Shown piece after piece: positions 1 through 8,704 of a stretch of 64,000 nucleotides of DNA. Location: contig CAVSGI010000012.1 in the NCBI GenBank assembly GCA_963727445.1, forward strand, positions 96,001-160,000. Direction: 5' to 3'. Position numbers and translations under genes: made by a program. Numbering within the stretch: the first letter of the stretch is position 1; each line of letters opens with the position of its first letter. Below the pieces are notes generated by a model. That model had not been told where the DNA came from. It searched no databases and was given only the letters and a program-made list of their open reading frames with translations. Source of the DNA: an uncultured delta proteobacterium (GTDB lineage: Bacteria; Myxococcota_A; Polyangia; Polyangiales; B10-G4).

Positions 1-192
1 GAATGCGGCCGAGCAGGGCACATTCGTGATCTCGATCAGGTGAACGAAGCGCGATACCCGATGTGTGATCACAAAGCGGCCTTCGTGTTCAATTTGGGTC
101 CCAGGGCGAGCGCCCCCGCAGGCCCCGACCGAGGAATACCAAAGGTATTTCGCAGGGAGGGGCCGAGGAGGTAAGCCGGCCTGGGGCCCAAA

Positions 193-1056
193 GTGGACAC
201 GAAAGCGCGATACCCATACGTTCACGTCGACGTGCCTTCCGAGAGCGCGGAGGACGTCGCTGCGGAGCTGTGGGAGCTGGGGGCCGAAGGCGTCGAGACG
301 CGAGACGCGGGCACCATGAGCGGCCCCGACGCCGAGGGCCTGGTCACGTTGGTGGCGTACGTCTCCGAGGAGGCGCGGGCCGAAGCGCTGGCGCAAGAGC
401 TGGGCCCCCGCTTTGCCGCGCGGGTCGAGATCGTGGTCGGCGATGCGTGGCGCGATCAGTGGAAGGCCTTCTTCAAGCCGCTGCGCGTGGGCGCGCGGCT
501 CGTGGTCCGTCCCTCCTGGGAAGAGGTGAAGGTTCGCGACGGCGAGATCGTGCTGACCATCGACCCGGGACGCGCGTTCGGTAGCGGCATCCACGAGACG
601 ACCAAGCTCGTCCTCCGGGAGATCGATCGACGTGTCCGCGGCGGCGAGCGCGTCCTCGACGTCGGCGCCGGTAGCGGGATCCTCTCGATCGCGGCGGCGC
701 TCCTCGGCGCCTCCTCGGTGCGCGCCGTCGACAACGATCCCGACACGGTCGCGGTCGTTCATCAAAACGCCGAAGCGAACGGTGTCGCCGCCCTCATCAC
801 CGCCGACGCGATGCCCATCGCCGAGGTGAAGGGCACCTACCCGCTCGTCCTCGCCAACATCGAGGCGACGGTGCTCGAGGCACTCGCCGAGCCGATCGCG
901 GCGCACGTGGAGCCGGGGGGCACGCTGATCCTCAGCGGCATCCTGCGCCCGCAACTCTCGAAGGTGGTGGCGGCGTACGCGGGATTCGAGCACCAGCTCA
1001 CGGGGGCCGACGGGGAGTGGGTGGCGGCGATCCTGCATCGTCCCGAGGACACGTGA
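193..1056 (+). CDS. prmA: Ribosomal protein L11 methyltransferase
   Basis: WKAFFKPLRVG, IDPGRAFGSGIHETT, SAM motif VLDVGAGSGILSI, LANI, LILSGIL; GTG start; adjacent to rsmE. Confidence 0.95.
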   Translation: MDTKARYPYVHVDVPSESAEDVAAELWELGAEGVETRDAGTMSGPDAEGLVTLVAYVSEEARAEALAQELGPRFAARVEIVVGDAWRDQWKAFFKPLRVGARLVVRPSWEEVKVRDGEIVLTIDPGRAFGSGIHETTKLVLREIDRRVRGGERVLDVGAGSGILSIAAALLGASSVRAVDNDPDTVAVVHQNAEANGVAALITADAMPIAEVKGTYPLVLANIEATVLEALAEPIAAHVEPGGTLILSGILRPQLSKVVAAYAGFEHQLTGADGEWVAAILHRPEDT

Positions 1057-1790
1057 GCGAAGGGCCGCGCCACCGATTCTTCGTCGAGGCTCTCCCCGAG
1101 GAAGGTGGCGTGATCGAGCCCTCGTCGGAAGTCGCCCGGCACGTGCGCGTCCTGCGCCTCGAGGTCGGTGAGGAGGTGATGCTCTTCGACGGGAGCGGCC
1201 GTGAGGCGAGGGCACACATCGAGGCCCTCACGCCCCTGCGCCTCGCGGCTTCGGTGCCGACCGTCGCCGCCGCCGACCGGCCCGAGATCCACCTGATCCA
1301 GGCGATGCCCAAAGGCAAGAAGCTCGACGCGATCGTCCGGATGAGCACCGAGCTGGGCGTCGACGCCATCCACCTGGCGATCACCGAGCGCGCCATCAGC
1401 CGCCCCGAAGGGTCGAAGGCCGAGGCGAAGATCACACGGCTCGAGAAGATCGCGCGCGAAGCGAGCCGTCAGGCGCGGCGCCGCACGACGCCCTCTCTCG
1501 TCGCCCCAGCCCCCCTCGGCGAGGTGATCGCACGCGCGAAATCGACCGACAAACGCCTCGTTTTCTGGGAAGAAGCGGAAGACTCCCGCTTGCCTCCCAG
1601 CCTGAGCGACGCGTCGCGCGTGTGGGTCCTCGTAGGGCCCGAGGGGGGATTGTCGCACACCGAGGTGGGCCCGCTGCAACAAAGCGGGTGGGTCAGCGTA
1701 CGGCTCGGAGCGACCATCCTGCGTGTCGAAACGGCGTCCCCGACCGCCCTCGCGCTGGTCCTTTATCGGGCCGGTCGTTTCCGCCGATGA
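1053..1790 (+). CDS. rsmE: 16S rRNA m3U1498 methyltransferase
   Basis: HVRVLRL, TELGVD, EASRQARR, VGPEGGLS, LGATILRVETA; GTGA overlap with the prmA stop. Confidence 0.95.
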   Translation: MSEGPRHRFFVEALPEEGGVIEPSSEVARHVRVLRLEVGEEVMLFDGSGREARAHIEALTPLRLAASVPTVAAADRPEIHLIQAMPKGKKLDAIVRMSTELGVDAIHLAITERAISRPEGSKAEAKITRLEKIAREASRQARRRTTPSLVAPAPLGEVIARAKSTDKRLVFWEEAEDSRLPPSLSDASRVWVLVGPEGGLSHTEVGPLQQSGWVSVRLGATILRVETASPTALALVLYRAGRFRR

Positions 1791-1848
1791 GGGGATCAAT
1801 TCCTCGGGACCCTGTATAGTGAGAGTGACCGCTTCTGGGCGAGGACAC

Positions 1849-4800
1849 TTGGCGATAGCAGGGAAGTCTACAGGTTGGTGGGCGTGGCGATCGGGCGCAC
1901 TCGTGGTGCTCACGCTCCTCTCTTCCTGCGTGACGCAGCAGTGCCCACCCGACGGGGGAGGTGGGATCTTCTGCCTCGATCCCGGTGACACCTCCGTCGG
2001 TGAAGCGGGCGACACGAGTCCCTGCGTCGAGGGCGCGACATGCACGCCCGCGAACCCGTGTCAGGAGGGGACCTGGAGTTGCTCCGGCACACCCACCTGC
2101 GTTGCCGGCGCGACATTGCCGGAAGGAGCGCCGTGCGACGTCGGCCTCGCTTGCGATGCCGCGGGCAGCTGCTCGGTGTGCACGCCCGATGTGACCTGCG
2201 ACACCGGCAACCCGTGCTCGGCGGGCATCATCGACTGCGGCTCCGGCATGCCGGTGTGTCGCATGGTCAGCGATGCGCCTTCGGGCACGCCATGTGGAAC
2301 CACCGGAACGTGCAACGGCGGCATCTGCAGCGAATGTCTGCCGGGCACTACCTGCGACACGGGTGATCCCTGCACCACCGGCTCCGTGGACTGCTCCACG
2401 GGAACGCAGGTTTGTAACGCGACCGACAATCTGCCGACGGGCACGGGCTGCGGTGGTGGTCTCGCATGCTCCACCACCGGATGCGACACATGTGTTCAGG
2501 GCGCGACCTGCGACACCGGCGATCCCTGCAGCAACGGTCAATACGACTGCGGCGCGTCGATGCCCGTGTGCATCACCACTTCCGATGTGCCCGTCGGTAC
2601 GCCGTGCGGAACGGCGGGCCTGTGCGGTGCCGACGGCTGCTCGGAGTGCATCGCGGGAACCAGTTGTGACACCGGAAATCCCTGCACGATGGGCACCCGC
2701 GATTGCTCGACCGGCGGCAGCGGCACCTGCAACTCGTCTGCGGATCTGCCCACCGGAACGCGCTGCGGCGTCGGCTTGGCGTGCGACGGTTCGGGCGGCT
2801 GCACGGTCTGCGTGCCCGGTGAGGACTGCGTGACCCCCGGCACCTGCGACGCGGGCACCATCAGCTGCGCGACCGGTGATCCGGTGTGCACCGGCGGCGG
2901 CACCGCGCCCGCAGGTACGGTGTGTCGTCCCTCCCTCGGTCCGTGCGACGCAGAGGAGACCTGCAGCGGCAGCAGCACCACCTGCCCGGCCGATGCGCTC
3001 GTCGCTGCGGGCGGCACCTGTCGTCCGCCGACCTCCGACTGCGACATCGAGGAGCAGTGCGACGGTGCGCTGGCGACGTGCCCCCCCGACACCTTCGATC
3101 CCTCGGGGACGGCGTGTGCGGGCGGCGGCACCTGCGACGGCCTCGGCATGTGCATCACCGTCTGCGTCGACGGCGCGCCCTGCAGTACGGGCAACCTCTG
3201 CGAGATCGGAACCATCGACTGCAGCGGTGCGTCTCCGGTCTGTGTACCGGGCGGTGTTCAGCCGGCGGGCACGAGCTGTCGCGCGCCGCGCGACATCTGT
3301 GACACCGAAGAGGTTTGCGACGGCACCTCGATCAGCTGCCCGCCAGACGGCTTCGAGCCCGCGGGCACCACGTGTCCCGGCGGAACGTGCTCCGGTCTCG
3401 GTCGCTGCATCGTGGGCTGCGACGCGTCGCTGCCCTGCGACACGGGCAACCCGTGCGAGCAGGGGATGATCGACTGCACCAGCGGCGCGCCGGTGTGCAC
3501 CGCGGTCGGTGCGCAGCCGGCGGGGACCGTCTGTCGGCCCAGCGCGGGCGCCTGCGATACGCAGGAGGTCTGCGACGGTGCCAGCATGGCGTGTCCGGCC
3601 GACTCGCTGACGATGGCCGGCACCGAGTGCCGCGCGGTGGCCGGGCCCTGCGACACCGCCGAGGTCTGCGACGGCGTCTCGGGTGCGTGTCCAGGCGACT
3701 CCTTCGTCAGCATGGGCACCGAGTGTCGCGCCTCGAGCGGCGAGTGTGATGCGGCCGAGGCCTGCACGGGCGCCGCCGCATCCTGTCCCGCCGACGTGCC
3801 CGCCGTCAGCGGTACGCCGTGCACCGGCGGTAGCTGCGACGGCAGCGGTAGCTGCGTCATCGGCTGCTTTGCCGGGACGCCCTGCTCCATCGGTGACGCC
3901 TGCGAGCTCGGGGTGATCGATTGCACCACCGGCGCCGCCGTCTGCGTGTCGGCGGGGCCGGCGCCCGCGGGCACCGAGTGCCGCGCCTCCACTGGCGTGT
4001 GCGACGCTGCGGAGGTCTGCGACGGCGTGGCTACCGTCTGCCCGGTGGCGCGCTTCGAGCCCTCGGGCACCATCTGCCGGCCCGCTGCGGGCCCCTGCGA
4101 CACGCCGGAGACCTGCACCGGCTTCGCCGCCACCTGTCCCACCGACACCCTCTCCGCGGCGGGCACCACCTGTCGTCCCTCGGTCGGCCCATGCGACGTG
4201 GAAGAGCAGTGCACGGGCGGCACGGTCACCTGCCCGACCGACGGCTTCGTCACCGGCGGCACCGAGTGCCGCGCGTCGGCGGGCGCTTGCGACATCGCGG
4301 AGCAGTGCACCGGCTCGGGCCCGCTCTGTCCGGTGGACAGCTTCGTGGCAAGCGGCACCGAGTGCCGTGCCTCGGCGGGTGTATGCGACCCGGCCGAGCA
4401 GTGCACCGGCGCCGACCCGGCCTGCCCGGCCGACAGCCTCGAGCCCGCCACCACCGTCTGTCGCGCAGGTGCCGGACCTTGCGACTCGCCCGAGCTCTGC
4501 ACTGGCGCCTCCGTCGACTGTCCGACGGACGTCCTGATGGCGGCCGGTACGACCTGTCGTCCGGTGGCGGGCGTGTGCGACGTCGAAGAGCAGTGCACCG
4601 GCGTGGACGTGACGTGTCCGATGGACAACTTCATGCCGTCCTCGACCACCTGCCGTGCATCGGCTGGCATCTGCGACATCGCCGAGAACTGCACCGGCAC
4701 CGGCCCGCTCTGTCCGGGCGACAGCTTCGTGCCGTCGGGCACCGAGTGTCGCGCGTCGGCGGGCGTCTGCGACCCGGCCGAGCAGTGCACCGGCTCCGCG

Positions 4801-6645
4801 GCGGCTTGCCCGGCGGATGCGCGCGAGCCCCCGACGACCGTCTGCCGCGCGTCGGCGGGCGTGTGCGACCCGGCCGAGCTCTGCGACGGCACCAGCGTGG
4901 CCTGTCCCGCCGACATGCTGTCGCCTTCGGGCACGACCTGTCGTCCGGTGGCGGGCGTGTGCGACGTCGAGGAGCAGTGCACCGGCGTGGACGTGACCTG
5001 CCCGGCGGACAACTTCATGCCCGCGTCGACCACGTGTCGTGCGTCGGCGGGCATCTGCGACGTCGCCGAGAACTGCACGGGCACCGGCCCGCTCTGCCCC
5101 GGCGACAGCTTCGTGGCGGCGGGCACCGAGTGCCGGGCGTCGGCGGGCATCTGCGATCCGGCCGAGCAGTGCACCGGCTCGGCCGCGGCGTGCCCGCCGG
5201 ATGCACGTGAGCCGCCGACCACGGTCTGCCGCGCGTCGGCGGGCGTGTGCGACCCGGCCGAGCTCTGCGACGGGACCAGCGTCAACTGTCCGGCGGACGC
5301 GCTGTCGCCCGCAGGCACGACCTGTCGTCCGGTGGCGGGCGTGTGCGACGTCGAGGAGCAGTGCACCGGCGGCAGCGTCAACTGCCCGGCGGACAACTTC
5401 ATGCCCTCGTCCACGACCTGTCGTGCGTCGGCGGGCATCTGCGACGTGGCCGAGAACTGCACGGGAACTGGCCCGCTCTGTCCCGGCGACAGCTTCCAGC
5501 CCTCCTCCACCGTCTGTCGTGCGTCGGCGGGCATCTGCGATCTCACCGAGAACTGCACCGGATCGTCGGCGCCGTGCCCGCCCGACAGCTTCCGCCCATC
5601 CTCCTTCGTCTGTCGCGCGTCAGCGGGCGTGTGCGACCCGGCCGAGCTCTGCACCGGCTCCACGGCTCCGTGCCCTGGTGACGTGCTCTCGCCGGCGGGC
5701 ACCACCTGTCGTCCGGTCGCCGGCGTCTGCGACGTCGAAGAGCAGTGCACCGGCGGCAGCGTCAACTGCCCGGCCGACAACTTCATGCCCTCGTCCACCA
5801 CCTGCCGCGCGTCGGCCGGCGTGTGCGACATCGCCGAGAACTGCACGGGCTCGGGCCCCCTCTGTCCGGCCAACCTCTTCGTGTCCTCTGCGACCGTCTG
5901 TCGCCCCTCGGCGGGCGTTTGCGACCCGGCGGAGAACTGCACCGGCAGCTCCGCGCCATGTCCTTCGGACGCCAAGTACGGCGGCTCGACCGTGTGCCGC
6001 GCCTCGGCGGGCGTGTGCGACATTCAGGAGGTCTGCGACGGCGTCAGCAACGGCTGTCCTGCCAACTCCTTCCAGGTCGGCACCACCTGTCGCGCGTCGG
6101 CGGGCGTGTGCGACATCGCCGAGACCTGCCCTGGTGGCACCGCGGCGTGTCCCCCCGACAACTTCCTCGGTACCGGCAGCGTCTGCCGCGCAGCGGTCGG
6201 CAGCTGCGACCAAGCCGAGGTGTGTCCCGGCACCGGGCCGAACTGCCCGGCGGACGTCTGCGCGCCCAACAGCGGCGGTGGCGCCCTCGGGACCATCAAC
6301 ACCGGCGGCAGCGGCAGCCGCATGGGCTGCGTCCAGCCCGGCTCGTCCGTGGGCTTCTCAATCAACTTCCCGAACGACCGCTATCTGGGTGCCCTTCCCG
6401 CGACGCCCGGAACGCCCGGAACGGGCACGCCTTCGATGAGCGTCAGCGGCGCCAACATGAAGCTCTCCGGCGTCCCGGGCTGCGGTAACTCCGACAGCTA
6501 CAGTTTCGCCGACAGCAACGTCAACAGCGGCAACCGCGCGTGGTCCACGGAGGGCACCGCTTGGCCCGGCAGCTTCAGCTTCTCGGTGGTCAACACGGGC
6601 GGCACCTGCTCGACCGCGGGCTACTCGCTCAGCTTCAGTCGCTGA
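1849..6645 (+). CDS. Giant Cys-rich lipoprotein with ~30 disintegrin-like repeats
   Basis: Signal peptide ending LLSSC; repeated CR(A/P)xxGxCDxxExCxGxxxxCPxD units of ~32 aa; non-repetitive C-terminal domain. Start uncertain (TTG 1849 chosen; the ORF is open from 1723). Confidence 0.85.
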   Translation: MAIAGKSTGWWAWRSGALVVLTLLSSCVTQQCPPDGGGGIFCLDPGDTSVGEAGDTSPCVEGATCTPANPCQEGTWSCSGTPTCVAGATLPEGAPCDVGLACDAAGSCSVCTPDVTCDTGNPCSAGIIDCGSGMPVCRMVSDAPSGTPCGTTGTCNGGICSECLPGTTCDTGDPCTTGSVDCSTGTQVCNATDNLPTGTGCGGGLACSTTGCDTCVQGATCDTGDPCSNGQYDCGASMPVCITTSDVPVGTPCGTAGLCGADGCSECIAGTSCDTGNPCTMGTRDCSTGGSGTCNSSADLPTGTRCGVGLACDGSGGCTVCVPGEDCVTPGTCDAGTISCATGDPVCTGGGTAPAGTVCRPSLGPCDAEETCSGSSTTCPADALVAAGGTCRPPTSDCDIEEQCDGALATCPPDTFDPSGTACAGGGTCDGLGMCITVCVDGAPCSTGNLCEIGTIDCSGASPVCVPGGVQPAGTSCRAPRDICDTEEVCDGTSISCPPDGFEPAGTTCPGGTCSGLGRCIVGCDASLPCDTGNPCEQGMIDCTSGAPVCTAVGAQPAGTVCRPSAGACDTQEVCDGASMACPADSLTMAGTECRAVAGPCDTAEVCDGVSGACPGDSFVSMGTECRASSGECDAAEACTGAAASCPADVPAVSGTPCTGGSCDGSGSCVIGCFAGTPCSIGDACELGVIDCTTGAAVCVSAGPAPAGTECRASTGVCDAAEVCDGVATVCPVARFEPSGTICRPAAGPCDTPETCTGFAATCPTDTLSAAGTTCRPSVGPCDVEEQCTGGTVTCPTDGFVTGGTECRASAGACDIAEQCTGSGPLCPVDSFVASGTECRASAGVCDPAEQCTGADPACPADSLEPATTVCRAGAGPCDSPELCTGASVDCPTDVLMAAGTTCRPVAGVCDVEEQCTGVDVTCPMDNFMPSSTTCRASAGICDIAENCTGTGPLCPGDSFVPSGTECRASAGVCDPAEQCTGSAAACPADAREPPTTVCRASAGVCDPAELCDGTSVACPADMLSPSGTTCRPVAGVCDVEEQCTGVDVTCPADNFMPASTTCRASAGICDVAENCTGTGPLCPGDSFVAAGTECRASAGICDPAEQCTGSAAACPPDAREPPTTVCRASAGVCDPAELCDGTSVNCPADALSPAGTTCRPVAGVCDVEEQCTGGSVNCPADNFMPSSTTCRASAGICDVAENCTGTGPLCPGDSFQPSSTVCRASAGICDLTENCTGSSAPCPPDSFRPSSFVCRASAGVCDPAELCTGSTAPCPGDVLSPAGTTCRPVAGVCDVEEQCTGGSVNCPADNFMPSSTTCRASAGVCDIAENCTGSGPLCPANLFVSSATVCRPSAGVCDPAENCTGSSAPCPSDAKYGGSTVCRASAGVCDIQEVCDGVSNGCPANSFQVGTTCRASAGVCDIAETCPGGTAACPPDNFLGTGSVCRAAVGSCDQAEVCPGTGPNCPADVCAPNSGGGALGTINTGGSGSRMGCVQPGSSVGFSINFPNDRYLGALPATPGTPGTGTPSMSVSGANMKLSGVPGCGNSDSYSFADSNVNSGNRAWSTEGTAWPGSFSFSVVNTGGTCSTAGYSLSFSR
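3970..6260 (+). repeat. Intragenic 96-bp tandem repeat with 384-bp higher-order period
   Basis: ACCTGTCGTCCGGT recurs at 4552, 4936, 5320 and 5704, exactly 384 bp apart. Confidence 0.9.
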
Positions 6646-6690
6646 CGCGTCCAGTTCCGGTGGGGCTCGGGAGTGCTATACCCCCGCGCC

Positions 6691-8136
6691 ATGGCTCGAC
6701 CTCTCCTCTCCATCCTGATTCTCGCCGCCGTGGCTTGCGGCGACGACGGTGTCATGGACTCCGGCCTGGATGGAGGATTGGACGCCAGCGATGCCGCCGA
6801 TAGCGCCGTGGACACTGCGCGCGCGCCCGACACTGGACCTCCGCCCATCCCCGAAGCGGCCTACGACGGTCCTCGGATCACCGAGGCCGAAGCGGAGGAT
6901 GGCCGGAGCGGGTGTGCCTTCGAGCGGGGCGCCATGCCGTGGGAGACGGTGGGCGAGGAGTTTCCGATCGGCGACGAGATCCCCATCGACCACATCATCC
7001 TCCTCCTCAAGGAGAACCGCAGCTTCGACCACTACTTCGGTGCGATGCCGGGGATCGAGGGTCACCCCATGGGCGCGTCGAATCCCGATGCGATGGGGAT
7101 GCCGGTCACGCCCTACCACGAGACCGAGTACTGCGTGGACGATCTGGCCCACAGCTGGAACAAGAGTCATCGGGAGTGGAACGGGGGCCTGAACGACGGG
7201 TTCGTTCTCGCGAACGACCCCGGCGGGGAGCGCGCGCTCGGCTACTTCGACGACACCGACCTGCCGTTCTACTGGGACCTCTCCCAGACCTTCGCGATGA
7301 GCGATCACCACCACTGCTCGGTGCTCGGACCGACGTGGGTCAATCGCTTCTACTATCTCTCCGCGACGTCCTTCGGAAACATCTCCAACGATCCGATCAT
7401 CGAGGAGCGAAAGACCGCGCCTTACGTGATCTTCCACCTTCTCGACGACGCCGGCGTCGACTGGCGCGTCTACAACACCGACGTGCCCTTCGTCTTCGCT
7501 GGTTACCCGGAGATCGCCGGGCGCAGCATCAACAAGATCAAGCCGATCGAGGCTTTCTTTCGGGACCTGGAGAGCGGATGGCTTCCTCCCGTGAGCTACC
7601 TCGATCCCTCCTTCAGCCTGGGGGTGCGCCAGACCGACGAGCATCCCCCGGCAAACCCCCAGGCCGGCCAGGCCCATACCCGCGAGATTCTCGAGGCGGT
7701 CTTCGCGAGCCCGCTCTGGGAGCGCACCGCCGTCATCATCAGCTACGATGAGCACGGCGGCTTCTACGATCACGTGCCGCCACCCGAAGCGTGTCATCCC
7801 GGCGACTTCCCGCCCGACCTGGATGCGGGCGATGAACCCGGCGACTACGACCGGCTCGGCTTTCGCGTTCCTCTGATCGTGGTCTCGCCCTACGCGCGGC
7901 CCGGGTACGTCTCCGACCACGTGACCGATCTGACGAGCCTGCTGCGTTTCGTGGAGACGCGCTGGCTCCTGCCGGCGCTCACCGGACGCGACGCCAACGC
8001 GTGGCCGCTCCTCGACATGTTCGACTTCAGCACGATGAGCTTCGCCGATCCGCCGACCGACCTCGCCGACGCGGTGATCGACGAAGCGAAGATGGACCGC
8101 TGCATCGCGCTCTACGGCGAAGGCGGAAGGTTCTGA
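6691..8136 (+). CDS. Phosphoesterase / non-hemolytic phospholipase C family lipoprotein
   Basis: ENRSFDHYFG, GPTWVNRFY, DEHP, YDEHGGFYDHVPPP, LGFRVPLIVVSPYARPG; lipobox AVAC. Confidence 0.92.
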   Translation: MARPLLSILILAAVACGDDGVMDSGLDGGLDASDAADSAVDTARAPDTGPPPIPEAAYDGPRITEAEAEDGRSGCAFERGAMPWETVGEEFPIGDEIPIDHIILLLKENRSFDHYFGAMPGIEGHPMGASNPDAMGMPVTPYHETEYCVDDLAHSWNKSHREWNGGLNDGFVLANDPGGERALGYFDDTDLPFYWDLSQTFAMSDHHHCSVLGPTWVNRFYYLSATSFGNISNDPIIEERKTAPYVIFHLLDDAGVDWRVYNTDVPFVFAGYPEIAGRSINKIKPIEAFFRDLESGWLPPVSYLDPSFSLGVRQTDEHPPANPQAGQAHTREILEAVFASPLWERTAVIISYDEHGGFYDHVPPPEACHPGDFPPDLDAGDEPGDYDRLGFRVPLIVVSPYARPGYVSDHVTDLTSLLRFVETRWLLPALTGRDANAWPLLDMFDFSTMSFADPPTDLADAVIDEAKMDRCIALYGEGGRF

Positions 8137-8137
8137 G

Positions 8138-8686
8138 ATGCAACGGACCCGCCTCCTCGCGCTCGCGCTCGCGCTGCTCGCCGGATGCACGGCCGAGATG
8201 GACGCGCCGCCGCCGCGCGGCGAGGGCGAGCCATTCGTCGCGACCCTGGCAGACTTCGAGGACTTCCGGAGCTGGCCCCGGTGGGAGATCCCCGATGTCG
8301 GCACCACCAGTGGCCACCGGCCTGGAGAGCCACGATTCGTCTACGTGCGCGATACCGTCCCCGTCTGGGGGGAGCCATTTCCGGTCGGCGCCATGATCGT
8401 GAAGACCCTCGAGATGGGTGAGCCGCCGCAGTGGGAAATTCACGCCATGGCAAAGCGGGGCGGCGGCTACAACCCCGAGGGGGCCCTCGGATGGGAGTGG
8501 TTCGACCTCGAGATCGACCCCGAGACGGGCCTCTTCATCGAGTGGCGAGGCGAAGGATCCGCAGCTGACCCGGGCGGTTACGTCGATGTGGCGGCCACCG
8601 GCTGCAATGGCTGCCACTCCGTGGTGCCCAACACCGACTACGTCTTCACTCGCGCCGTTTTCACCCCTGATCTGGAGACGCCGTAG
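8138..8686 (+). CDS. Cytochrome P460 / c'-beta-like monoheme lipoprotein
   Basis: Lipobox LAGC; FPVGAMIVK, MAKR..GYNP..GWEW, C-terminal CNGCH followed by DYVF. Confidence 0.7.
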   Translation: MQRTRLLALALALLAGCTAEMDAPPPRGEGEPFVATLADFEDFRSWPRWEIPDVGTTSGHRPGEPRFVYVRDTVPVWGEPFPVGAMIVKTLEMGEPPQWEIHAMAKRGGGYNPEGALGWEWFDLEIDPETGLFIEWRGEGSAADPGGYVDVAATGCNGCHSVVPNTDYVFTRAVFTPDLETP

Positions 8687-8704
8687 TAATATCCTCAGCC
8701 CCTC

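Noticed and set aside
1..192. TGTGATCACA palindrome (64-73) and a possible minus-strand gene start
   Set aside because: Too little context at the window edge, and it lacks the 6-bp spacer of a CRP site
1723..1848. N-terminal extensions given by the ORF track (also 12672, 19390, 21285, 39194, 48291, 58847, 62026)
   Set aside because: They overlap neighbouring genes; signal peptides, RBSs and stop-start coupling support later starts
3258..6023. 921-aa antisense ORF and other long overlapping ORFs (e.g. 51046-54165, 12840-15467, 46243-47847)
   Set aside because: Shadow frames expected from high-GC codon bias and repeats; no protein motifs
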